Positions 53,238 through 61,505 of a DNA stretch of 61,505 nucleotides are shown here, one piece after another (position 1 is the stretch's first letter; every line of letters starts with the position of its first letter). A program made the translations under genes and the position numbers. The notes beneath the pieces are model-generated. The model made no database searches. It saw only the letters and a list, made by a program, of their open reading frames with translations, and was not told the DNA's origin. The DNA lies in the IMG/VR virus record IMGVR_UViG_3300024270_000037; one strand, 5' to 3'. The stretch is from an uncultured virus (IMG/VR IMGVR_UViG_3300024270_000037). Taxonomy: Duplodnaviria; Heunggongvirae; Uroviricota; Caudoviricetes.

Positions 53238-54302
53238 ATGAATGATTTATATCCCGTATATATTATTTTATTTTCAAATGATACTGATTTTGGAAAGCTT
53301 ATTAGAACCGCTACCGGTTCTGAATATTCCCATGCTACTATTGCATTAGATTCTACTATGAATAATATGTACTCATTCTCTGATATTCCTTATTCCCAAG
53401 ACCATATGTTTGGTGCAGGTTTTGTTAGAGAATCCATATGGTCACCTATGTATAAAAAGAATAGATATTTTACTATTTTAGTTACTTTCGTTACTAAAGA
53501 AGAAAGAGATACTATTCAATCTAAGATAGATTATTTCTGTGAAAACCATACTAAGTTTAAATATAATGATATAGGTTTAGTTCAGTATTATCTTAATTTT
53601 AAAGAAACTAAAAGACATACTGAAGATAAGAAAAAAAGATGGTTCTGTTCAGAATTTGTATCTTATATGTGTAAAGCTGGTAATATTAAAGGATTTAATG
53701 ATATTATGTTAGCTCCTGGTGATCTTAAATCTATTAATAATCCTAATGTGATTAATTTAGGTGATTTTACTATTCCTAAATTTAAAGAATCAGTTTTAAT
53801 TAGAAAGACTGAAGAAGCTCGTAAAGAATTTATTAAAAATCAACAAACTACTATTGTATCAGAATCTTTTTATTTTAATTATATTGATATATTAAAAGAA
53901 GCTTCTCTTAAAGATATTATTAAAAAGAAAAAGAAAGAATTTAAAGAATCTGAATTGGTTAATTATACTACATTGATTGATTGGAAATATTTATATGACG
54001 AGTTTATTCAGTTATTTCCCGATACAGATCCGAATGTAAGATTTGATTTATATGAAATAATTGTAAGAAAATTCTTAGTGCCTTTTAAACGTAATACACA
54101 AAATGTTACACAGGAAATCCATAATGAAGTTAAAAATATTTATAGGATCATAGGAAATAATACAATTAAAATTATTGATAAAATTAATTCTATAATTCAT
54201 GTAAATAAAAAAGGTAAAGATACTTCTTATAGATACCCTACGTTAACAGTTGCAAATGAATCATATATTAATATAAAAAAAGAAGATTATTTCTTTGAAT
54301 AA
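53238..54302 (+). CDS. permuted papain-like (YiiX/NlpC-P60) amidase domain virion protein
   Basis: LIRTATGSEYSHATI (His first) ... KRWFCSEFVS (Cys second) ... PGDL; late motif at 53197. Confidence 0.75.
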   Translation: MNDLYPVYIILFSNDTDFGKLIRTATGSEYSHATIALDSTMNNMYSFSDIPYSQDHMFGAGFVRESIWSPMYKKNRYFTILVTFVTKEERDTIQSKIDYFCENHTKFKYNDIGLVQYYLNFKETKRHTEDKKKRWFCSEFVSYMCKAGNIKGFNDIMLAPGDLKSINNPNVINLGDFTIPKFKESVLIRKTEEARKEFIKNQQTTIVSESFYFNYIDILKEASLKDIIKKKKKEFKESELVNYTTLIDWKYLYDEFIQLFPDTDPNVRFDLYEIIVRKFLVPFKRNTQNVTQEIHNEVKNIYRIIGNNTIKIIDKINSIIHVNKKGKDTSYRYPTLTVANESYINIKKEDYFFE

Positions 54303-54312
54303 AAAAAATAAA

Positions 54313-54345
54313 ACCGGTATGAGAAATTATCTCATACCGGTATAT
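54313..54345. terminator. terminator between convergent genes
   Basis: ACCGGTATGAGA/TCTCATACCGGT. Confidence 0.8.
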
Positions 54346-54346
54346 C

Positions 54347-55048
54347 TTATTGACCAAAAGTTGCTTCAGAACGATTCTTTTCATTACCGAAACGATTTCT
54401 GACAGTAATAGAACCATCAGAATTAAATACGAACCAAAGCATATCATTATAAATAGGACGAGGACCGCCAGTCATCCAAGTATCATGTACAGATTCAGCC
54501 AAATCATATGTAGCCTGAAGATATGCACCATCAGGGTCATAACACTGCCACTGTTTCGGTCTTGCAATCTCACCCTGAAGATCCATACCATAACCATTAG
54601 CTTTATCTTCAACTCTGTTAATGGCAATCCACATGATGATAGATTTTACTTCATCACTCTTACCATGAGCAACCGTATCTGCTAGTCTTGCAAGAGCGGT
54701 AATTTCACTGGTACGCAGATCAATGGTGGGTTCGGGTTCAGTTTCCATAATAGTTTCAGATGCAACCTGAATAGCAGGATCCTCGATAGGAATAGGATCT
54801 ACTTCCTTATCATTATTGCTAATGATAACCATAAGAATAATGATAAAAGGTGCCCAAAGACGCACATCCCAACATCTGTTAACTTTTCCACCAAATAAGG
54901 ATTTCTTTCCGCTATCAAATTTGCCAGTGTATTCATTTTTAGAAGACGTTACCTTTTTAATCATCTTCTTCAATTTACGCTTTAAGCGTACCATTATAGA
55001 ATATTTATGTCCTTTCTTAGTATTATTTTTGTTTTGTGTAGATTTCAT
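54347..55048 (-). CDS. membrane-anchored SleB/Hydrolase_2-like cell wall hydrolase homologue
   Basis: TM helix LWAPFIIILMVII; EITALARL...IAINRVED...IARPKQW; catalytic Glu apparently missing. Confidence 0.65.
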   Translation of the reverse strand: MKSTQNKNNTKKGHKYSIMVRLKRKLKKMIKKVTSSKNEYTGKFDSGKKSLFGGKVNRCWDVRLWAPFIIILMVIISNNDKEVDPIPIEDPAIQVASETIMETEPEPTIDLRTSEITALARLADTVAHGKSDEVKSIIMWIAINRVEDKANGYGMDLQGEIARPKQWQCYDPDGAYLQATYDLAESVHDTWMTGGPRPIYNDMLWFVFNSDGSITVRNRFGNEKNRSEATFGQ

Positions 55049-55108
55049 AATGTTGATTCCTTTCTTGTTTGATTCTATTGTAATAATATATATTCATATT
55101 AATTGATT

Positions 55109-55762
55109 TTACGATTCTTCAGTAATCCCATATCTTTTATCTTTAATATCCCTAGTTCTTAGAATATAATTCTTATAGGCATTATAAGTTTTAAATTCTC
55201 TATATTTACCAGTATAAATATCAAAACATCTTTCACCACGAACCATTTCATATTCATTTGCAGATACAATGATATAAACAGTTTTTCCATTTTTAGCACA
55301 CAATTGTGCAAGTGGAGCAAAAAGATATTTCTTAACATCCTGTACGTTATCTACAGAAAATCCAGAATCAATAGCATCTAATAAAATAAATAATTCATTC
55401 TGGTCAGGTGTATTATTAATATACCAACCAATATTTTGTGAAAGTTTCTGGAGATTCATAGCAATTTGCTCTCCTTCAGAAGAACAGAATGCTGTTGCTC
55501 CAAAAGTAAAATCTTGATTAAATAGGGCTTTAGAAATAGAATTATGACCTCCATCATGTAGATTATCATACCAGATATATTTAAGATCTTCATCATTTAG
55601 ACATTTCTTAATACATTTCAAAAATGAAGTTTTTCCGAATCCATTACATCCAACTAAGACTGTAACACCAGATTCAATGGTTACTGTTTTCTTTTTAAAG
55701 ATTTTAGTCTTATCATCATACATATAAGGTATAAGTTTAAATGTTTTCATAGTTTCCTCCAT
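55109..55762 (-). CDS. stand-alone ABC-type ATPase
   Basis: Walker A GCNGFGKT, signature SEGEQ, Walker B ILLDAIDSG. Confidence 0.75.
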   Translation of the reverse strand: MEETMKTFKLIPYMYDDKTKIFKKKTVTIESGVTVLVGCNGFGKTSFLKCIKKCLNDEDLKYIWYDNLHDGGHNSISKALFNQDFTFGATAFCSSEGEQIAMNLQKLSQNIGWYINNTPDQNELFILLDAIDSGFSVDNVQDVKKYLFAPLAQLCAKNGKTVYIIVSANEYEMVRGERCFDIYTGKYREFKTYNAYKNYILRTRDIKDKRYGITEES

Positions 55763-55871
55763 TTATATTGAGTTATATAGTAATAATATATATTTTATTT
55801 ATACATTGAATTTTTATATTAAATTAACAAATTATTAATACTAAAAAATATATACGAAAGGAGATTCCTTT

Positions 55872-57683
55872 ATGAATATATTAGAAGCAAAGTTATCCAC
55901 GGAACATAGAAAAGAACTGTCTGATTCAGATTTTGGTCTTCCTAAAGAAAGAAAGTATCCTATAAATGATGAATCTCATGTTCAATCTGCTATTAGGTTT
56001 TTTAAATATTGTAAACCGGAACAACGAAGAGAGTTAGCTAAAAATATTAATTTAAAATTAAAGAAATTTGATATGAAAGTAAAAGTGGGAGAAAAGAATC
56101 CTTTTTATAAATATATTGATAAAAAATATTTATTAGAATCATTTAATCCAGTAAATGAGGCTACGTCATTTTCATATATAAAAGGAACCAATATGAATCC
56201 TAAGTTTGATCGATATATTTGTACACTTATGGATAGTTTCGATTTTTATACAGATGAAAATTTCATTATTAATGCTGAGAAAAATATTTATAAAATCATT
56301 AATACTACTACAGATACCAGTAGAGATTTACTATCATTTATTCATGATATTAATGATATATTTGAAATCGCATATAGAGAGTTTTTTAATTATCATAAAT
56401 ATGAGAATTCTAAATTTTATATAACTAATTGGTACTATCCTTTATTAAATGATTTTAGACGAACTATTATGACAAAAATTAATTTTAATACTGCAACTAT
56501 AGAAATCGGTAAAGAACAAAAACTTTATTTAGATTTTTTAGGTAAAGTGCTAAAAACTAAATATGATCATAACTGGTATTATGTATATAGAATTAATAGT
56601 GAGATATATCATACTCTGATTACCCGCATAGGAGAAGGTATTGAATATTTAAATTTAGATTTAAATATGTTTGCTCCTGAGATAGTTCGGGATTTGAAAA
56701 CTATTAGAATTGAATTTAGGGATTGGTATATAGATAATCTTCCATTTGATGATAAAATTATGCAGTTTGAAATGATAAGAGATTTATTAATCCAACAGAA
56801 AAAAGAACTTGAAAATGATTTATTTATTCTTACTGCTAATAATACACTAAAACCTATGTCTCCTATACAAAAATTACATTCATTATATCATATCGATAAT
56901 AAAGATATTATTGATAGAATTGATACTATATCGAATATTTTGACTAAAGATAATAGACTTGTTAATATTGTCGGCGTATATAAAACTCATGTTATTTCAC
57001 AAGAGGATGAAGTAAGATTATTACATACTAAATACATTGATAGTATCATTTCTAGTAAATTTGATAGAGGTGTAATTTATTGGTATGGTATTAAAGATAA
57101 TGAACTATATTTTATTTGTAAATCTACAAATGTTGAAAAATTACATTATGTATTAATATTACTTGATGATAAATGTATAGATTATCTTAGAGCAGTTAGT
57201 GATACTTCTAAGCCTAAGATTAAAATTATTAATATAACATTCCCTAATGTAGGTAATAATATAGACTATCATTTAGAACGAATCACTGAAGGATTATCTA
57301 TTAATGAAAATGGTGATATTAAGATTTCTATTAATCCTAAGAAATCTTATATGGACGAATATGCAGAAGTTCATAGAATCTTAGTAGAGAATTATAAAAA
57401 TAAAAATTATGAAGCAATGAAACAAAATGTTGCTTTTATGTTTTTACTCATATCTATAATTGAGAGAAATCCTAAATATAAGACTAGAGATAAAGATATC
57501 GTTAAAGCACGAGCATTTGCTATTAATGATTTTAAAACATATTTAGCATATATTCAGAAAGAAGATCCTTCTTTTAATTTTGAAAGATATTATAAAGATT
57601 CTGAGTTTGATAAATATGTAGTTAATATTCCTAAAGAGACTATATTGGGTATTAGGAATTTATTAAAAAGTATTTTAATGTAA
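55872..57683 (+). CDS. putative virion head protein with N-terminal LxDSDFGLPxERKYP (DUF6582-like) domain
   Basis: LSDSDFGLPKERKYPINDESHVQSAIRFF; ILEA/LLES/ITEG putative cleavage sites; late motif at 55826. Confidence 0.55.
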   Translation: MNILEAKLSTEHRKELSDSDFGLPKERKYPINDESHVQSAIRFFKYCKPEQRRELAKNINLKLKKFDMKVKVGEKNPFYKYIDKKYLLESFNPVNEATSFSYIKGTNMNPKFDRYICTLMDSFDFYTDENFIINAEKNIYKIINTTTDTSRDLLSFIHDINDIFEIAYREFFNYHKYENSKFYITNWYYPLLNDFRRTIMTKINFNTATIEIGKEQKLYLDFLGKVLKTKYDHNWYYVYRINSEIYHTLITRIGEGIEYLNLDLNMFAPEIVRDLKTIRIEFRDWYIDNLPFDDKIMQFEMIRDLLIQQKKELENDLFILTANNTLKPMSPIQKLHSLYHIDNKDIIDRIDTISNILTKDNRLVNIVGVYKTHVISQEDEVRLLHTKYIDSIISSKFDRGVIYWYGIKDNELYFICKSTNVEKLHYVLILLDDKCIDYLRAVSDTSKPKIKIINITFPNVGNNIDYHLERITEGLSINENGDIKISINPKKSYMDEYAEVHRILVENYKNKNYEAMKQNVAFMFLLISIIERNPKYKTRDKDIVKARAFAINDFKTYLAYIQKEDPSFNFERYYKDSEFDKYVVNIPKETILGIRNLLKSILM

Positions 57684-57830
57684 ACAACTTTGTAATTGTT
57701 AATATTAGTTAGCAATGAAAAATCAAAAGATTATTTAAATATATATTATTTAAGTAATCATGATATAATAGTTATTAAAAAACTTATCATGAAAAAATCA
57801 ATTAACAATAATTTTGGAGGTTATTAAATC

Positions 57831-58421
57831 ATGAGCAATGAAAACAAGAAGTATAGTGTTCTCGACAAGATTGTCGAGGTTGAGCCCACTGGTGTTATTT
57901 ATTCCGTTAAGGGTTCTACCATTGAAGAGTTCGTTATGGAATATCTGAATAGAAAGAATATTACAGGTGTTTCTGATGCAAGAATTCGTGTTCGTTCTGA
58001 AGGTAGAAATCGTCCTGAAGTTGTAATGTATCTGTTCATGGATCAGAACTCTAGATTCATTTCTTCTGAGATTCAGAACGTTCCTGCAATGCTGCGTAAC
58101 AAAGTTGATACTAAGGGTAATCTGAGAATTACTGAAGAATTCAGAGAAGTTCTGATTCCTCTGTGTGGTAAGGGTGACATTCAGTCTGGCAAGATTGATC
58201 GTGAATATTTTGTTCGACTGGATATCTTCCGTGTTATCGGTATGATGTTTGCAGCTAACCCTAACTATCATCATATTGCTATTACTGATGCAATGGCTTA
58301 TCCTGATGGTAGAGATTCTATCATCTCTGTTATTAAGAATATGAAGTCCGTTGGTTACACTAGTAATAATACTGATAAGCGTAGCCATCAGATTGATTCT
58401 ATTGAGAGAAAGAATTATTAA
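57831..58421 (+). CDS. hypothetical early protein
   Basis: GGAGG RBS, biased codons, early motif at 57738, terminator at 58433. Confidence 0.65.
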   Translation: MSNENKKYSVLDKIVEVEPTGVIYSVKGSTIEEFVMEYLNRKNITGVSDARIRVRSEGRNRPEVVMYLFMDQNSRFISSEIQNVPAMLRNKVDTKGNLRITEEFREVLIPLCGKGDIQSGKIDREYFVRLDIFRVIGMMFAANPNYHHIAITDAMAYPDGRDSIISVIKNMKSVGYTSNNTDKRSHQIDSIERKNY

Positions 58422-58432
58422 TTAAATAATAG

Positions 58433-58475
58433 AAAAGGGATACCAGATTAATTTCTGGTATCCCTTCTTTTTTTA
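58433..58475 (+). terminator. intrinsic terminator
   Basis: AAGGGATACCAGA/TCTGGTATCCCTT plus T-tract. Confidence 0.85.
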
Positions 58476-58492
58476 TTATATAGGAGAATAAT

Positions 58493-58783
58493 ATGAGTAA
58501 TGGTACTTATGTATATCAACGAAGATGGGAAGAATTTGAAAATAAAGAGCGTGCATTTTTAGATAAGATATCAGATAAAGAAATATTGTCTTTCTTTAAA
58601 ACTGGAAAGAATCTTTTAGATATTATGGAAGAAATTGAGGATGCTTATGGTGAATCATATACTGAGGAAGAATATATCTTTAATTGGTTAGATAAATATG
58701 ATTTTGAAGAATATCTTAATAAAAGATTTCCTAATATTAAAATCAATCATATAATTCCTGAAGAGGAATTAATTATTGGATAA
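58493..58783 (+). CDS. hypothetical protein
   Basis: AGGAG RBS. Confidence 0.6.
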   Translation: MSNGTYVYQRRWEEFENKERAFLDKISDKEILSFFKTGKNLLDIMEEIEDAYGESYTEEEYIFNWLDKYDFEEYLNKRFPNIKINHIIPEEELIIG

Positions 58784-58798
58784 TAGGAGAATTAAATT

Positions 58799-58975
58799 AT
58801 GGACGATAACTATGGATACTGGATGCTTGGATATCCTGCAACATGTTCAAATTGTGGTGGTGAAGCACCAGTTATAATAGATAATGATTTGAAATATATT
58901 TACGAAACACCAGAAATTTGTCCACATTGTAAATGTAAAATGATTAGACGTCATTATGCATGGAAAGAGGGTTAA
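58799..58975 (+). CDS. small zinc-ribbon protein (58 aa)
   Basis: AGGAG RBS; CSNCG...CPHC. Confidence 0.6.
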   Translation: MDDNYGYWMLGYPATCSNCGGEAPVIIDNDLKYIYETPEICPHCKCKMIRRHYAWKEG

Positions 58976-58980
58976 ATATA

Positions 58981-59373
58981 ATGGCTAAAAAAGAAAAAGA
59001 TAATAATGAACCTTTTTATGAACTTGGTGATATTATTGGAGTTATTAAAGAAAGTGAAACTAATGATTGGGCTAAAATAATAGCCTATTTTAATTGGCTT
59101 TCTGAAAAGAAAAAAGGAGATAAAACTACTATAGATATTAGAAACTATAATTTTGGTAAAAAGCAGATTGGTAAAGGTATCTCTTTAACTAGTGAGGAAG
59201 CTGATAGATTAACTAATATCTTATTAGAAAATGATTTTGGTACTTTAGAAGAATTGGAAAAAGCTGTACAAAGAAAAAGAAATTTCTTTACAGTAACTGA
59301 TGAAATTGATAGTAAACTATTGGATGAAGTTGATGAGAATGGAATGTATAATATCATCATTAATGCTAGGTGA
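58981..59373 (+). CDS. YdbC/PC4-like ssDNA-binding protein
   Basis: IGVIKES...WAK...W...IDIRNY...GKGISLTSEE. Confidence 0.75.
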   Translation: MAKKEKDNNEPFYELGDIIGVIKESETNDWAKIIAYFNWLSEKKKGDKTTIDIRNYNFGKKQIGKGISLTSEEADRLTNILLENDFGTLEELEKAVQRKRNFFTVTDEIDSKLLDEVDENGMYNIIINAR

Positions 59374-60452
59374 TTTATATGGATATACTATTTAATATGT
59401 ATAAAGTTAAGTATTCTAAATTATTAGAACTACTTAGAGAAAATAATAATATAAATATAGGATCTGATGATATAGTTCATATTTATATTAATTTAGAAAC
59501 CATTATATTAAAAATGTGTAGTGTACAAATTAATGAAGAAATATCTGTTAATAAAAATGCTAAATTGCAGTTTATTGCTAATATTATTAATTTAGCGGCA
59601 CATTACAGAATGTTCTTCACAAAACATAAAATAGAATCTAAGGTATTCTTATATGTGCCATCATTAACTACTAAAAAATATAAGAATAATTTATATAATA
59701 AAGATTATAGAATGTATAGTCGTTTTAAATTTAGTGAGAGTGGTGGCAATATCCCTTTATATAAAATGATTATTGATACAATTCCATTTATTCAATTAAT
59801 TATCGAATATATACAGGGAGTTTATTTTATTAAAAGTGAAGAAATTGAGAATTCATTGATTCCCCACATAATTAATGAAGATTCTGATAATATTAAGAGT
59901 TTTATTGTTACTGCAGATTTATATGACTTACAATATGTAAATTATGATTGTAATATTATTATTCCTAAAGGAGATAATTCATTTATCTGTACTAGTAATA
60001 ATACTATTAATTATTTGAAGAATCTTTACAATTGTAAAGGATCATACAAATTTTCATCAGGTTTTATTCCTTTTATATTAGCTGTGATAGGTAGTAAATA
60101 TAGAAATATTTATAATATAAAAGGTTTAGGAATGAAAAGTATATATAAGATTATTCAGAAAGCTATTGATGAAAAATTAGTTAGTAATAATATCGATAAT
60201 ATTTATTTATTATTGAATATATTAAAGAAAGATATGAAGAATGATGTATTAAATAATTATAAATGTATCGATATTAATTTTCAGTACACACAATTGAATA
60301 AAAAAGATATATATGTTATTACTAGTCAGATTAAAGATAAATTTGATAATGTAGCATTAAGAAAGATTAATGATAAATATTTTATCGAATACCCAATTAT
60401 GTTACAAGAAATTACTGCTACTGTAAATAAAAGAAAAGAAATAAAGTTTTAA
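59370..60452 (+). CDS. 5'-3' exonuclease/T4 RNase H-like (FEN) homologue, probably inactive
   Basis: IVTADLYDLQ and H3TH-like NIKGLGMKS; several acidic active-site residues appear substituted. Confidence 0.6.
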   Translation: MIYMDILFNMYKVKYSKLLELLRENNNINIGSDDIVHIYINLETIILKMCSVQINEEISVNKNAKLQFIANIINLAAHYRMFFTKHKIESKVFLYVPSLTTKKYKNNLYNKDYRMYSRFKFSESGGNIPLYKMIIDTIPFIQLIIEYIQGVYFIKSEEIENSLIPHIINEDSDNIKSFIVTADLYDLQYVNYDCNIIIPKGDNSFICTSNNTINYLKNLYNCKGSYKFSSGFIPFILAVIGSKYRNIYNIKGLGMKSIYKIIQKAIDEKLVSNNIDNIYLLLNILKKDMKNDVLNNYKCIDINFQYTQLNKKDIYVITSQIKDKFDNVALRKINDKYFIEYPIMLQEITATVNKRKEIKF

Positions 60453-60454
60453 TA

Positions 60455-60496
60455 TAAGAGATAATAGGGAAAATCCCTATTATCTCTTATTTTTTT
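60455..60496. terminator. terminator between convergent genes
   Basis: ATAAGAGATAATAGGGA/TCCCTATTATCTCTTAT. Confidence 0.8.
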
Positions 60497-60974
60497 ATTT
60501 AATTTCTAAATAAAATGAACCAGTATCCCAATCTCCATCTGCTACAACTTTAGCACCATATTTAGAAATTTCTTCATTTACACTATTAGTTAACTCATTA
60601 GCATATTTCCAGAATTTTTTATTTTCATCAGTATCTCTGGGTTTATCGCTAAATTTATGTAGATCATATTGAGCAATACCTAATGAATCATTTTCACCAT
60701 CAATAAAATTCTTTTTATCATCTTTATAATATTCATCATTAGAAGTCATAAATATTGAATTCTTTATAGGATATTTATTTTTTATTGCTTTTAATTCATT
60801 TTTAAAGATATTGATTGTATCAGATAATACTTTAGATTTATCAATATTTTTAGATTTAGGTTCTTCTTTTTTCTTTTTAAATTTATCAAATAAACCTTCA
60901 TCAAGAATATCAGCAGTCATAATATCAACAAACTGAGAATCTTCCATTAAAGTAGTTAATAATTCATTCATCAT
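60495..60974 (-). CDS. putative virion head protein
   Basis: Acidic N-terminus then ILDEGLFDKFKKK; late motif upstream. Confidence 0.5.
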   Translation of the reverse strand: MMNELLTTLMEDSQFVDIMTADILDEGLFDKFKKKKEEPKSKNIDKSKVLSDTINIFKNELKAIKNKYPIKNSIFMTSNDEYYKDDKKNFIDGENDSLGIAQYDLHKFSDKPRDTDENKKFWKYANELTNSVNEEISKYGAKVVADGDWDTGSFYLEIK

Positions 60975-61066
60975 ATAAAACCTCCTATTAAGGATATATT
61001 ATAAATTTGTTAGTTTTGTATCTTTAACACTTATATAACTGATATAAGTAAAGGAAGATATATTTT

Positions 61067-61372
61067 ATGAGAAAATATATAATGACAGATGAAACTATTG
61101 AAATTAATGGACATATTCTTCATAGAATAGAATCATTAATTAATTTTAAATATGTAGAAGCTGGAGATGAAGGTGGATATATTGAATCTGAAGATAATCT
61201 TTCTCATGAAGGAAATTGTTGGATATTTGATGAATCTAGGGTGTATGAAAATGCTAAAATACAAGATGATGTTATAGTGTGTGGTGATTCGGATATTAGT
61301 GGTGAATGTGAAATTTGTGGTGAAGTAGAAGTACATTCAGCAGAATTAACAGGATTTTGTTATATAAAATAA
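61067..61372 (+). CDS. hexapeptide-repeat (left-handed beta-helix) phage protein
   Basis: GGYIESEDNLSHEGNCWIFDESRVYENAKI followed by VxGxxx repeats. Confidence 0.65.
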   Translation: MRKYIMTDETIEINGHILHRIESLINFKYVEAGDEGGYIESEDNLSHEGNCWIFDESRVYENAKIQDDVIVCGDSDISGECEICGEVEVHSAELTGFCYIK

Positions 61373-61376
61373 AAAA

Positions 61377-61410
61377 ATAAAAGGGGGTACAGAAATGTAC
61401 CCCCTTTATT
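61377..61410. terminator. terminator between convergent genes
   Basis: AAAGGGGGTACA-gaaa-TGTACCCCCTTT. Confidence 0.8.
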
Positions 61411-61505
61411 AACGATAAAATTCCCTAATATATTTACGACAATCATGATGTCTTAATTTTCTAATTGCAGACCGTTCTATTTGTTGAACGCGTCCACTCG
61501 TTACC
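61409..61505 (-). CDS. C-terminus of a sigma-70 region-4 HTH protein (partial)
   Basis: VTSGRVQQIERSAIRKLRHH resembles sigma70 region 4.2 [20 protein letters not shown]. Confidence 0.65.
   Translation of the reverse strand, partial: VTSGRVQQIERSAIRKLRHHDCRKYIREFYR

Noticed and set aside
1..61505. tRNA or rRNA genes
   Set aside because: No cloverleaf with T-loop GTTCRA in intergenic DNA and no rRNA-like segment noticed by eye; tRNAscan was not run

Overview
Very AT-rich segment of a jumbo bacteriophage of the phiKZ/AR9(PBS1)-related type, probably infecting a Firmicute (inferred from AGGAG-type RBSs and M23/SleB/SH3-like cell-wall modules). It carries nucleotide-metabolism genes (ThyX-like, Tmk), two subunits of a split multisubunit RNA polymerase (beta-like and beta'-like, each interrupted by an ORF-less group I intron), a 3215-aa tape-measure/lysin, baseplate and paralogous head proteins, RusA, Dps, and a cluster of small early genes. 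Two recurring promoter-like motifs (AATATATATTAT and AACA-N6-TA) and many hairpin terminators organise it. The standout is at 1291-3019: a nuclease-less IS110/Nop-domain protein followed by about 20 units of a 36-nt dual-repeat array (AATGAATCA-N9-ATAGTATCA-N9). This is the architecture of an RNA-guided TIGR-Tas (TasA-type) system. Other points: an intron splitting the RNAP catalytic D-x-D-G-D motif, a likely -1 frameshift in a hub/tail chaperone gene, a 182-nt G/C-free tract beside a structured candidate ncRNA, and several apparently inactive enzyme homologues. All calls were made by eye from motifs; no database searches were run.
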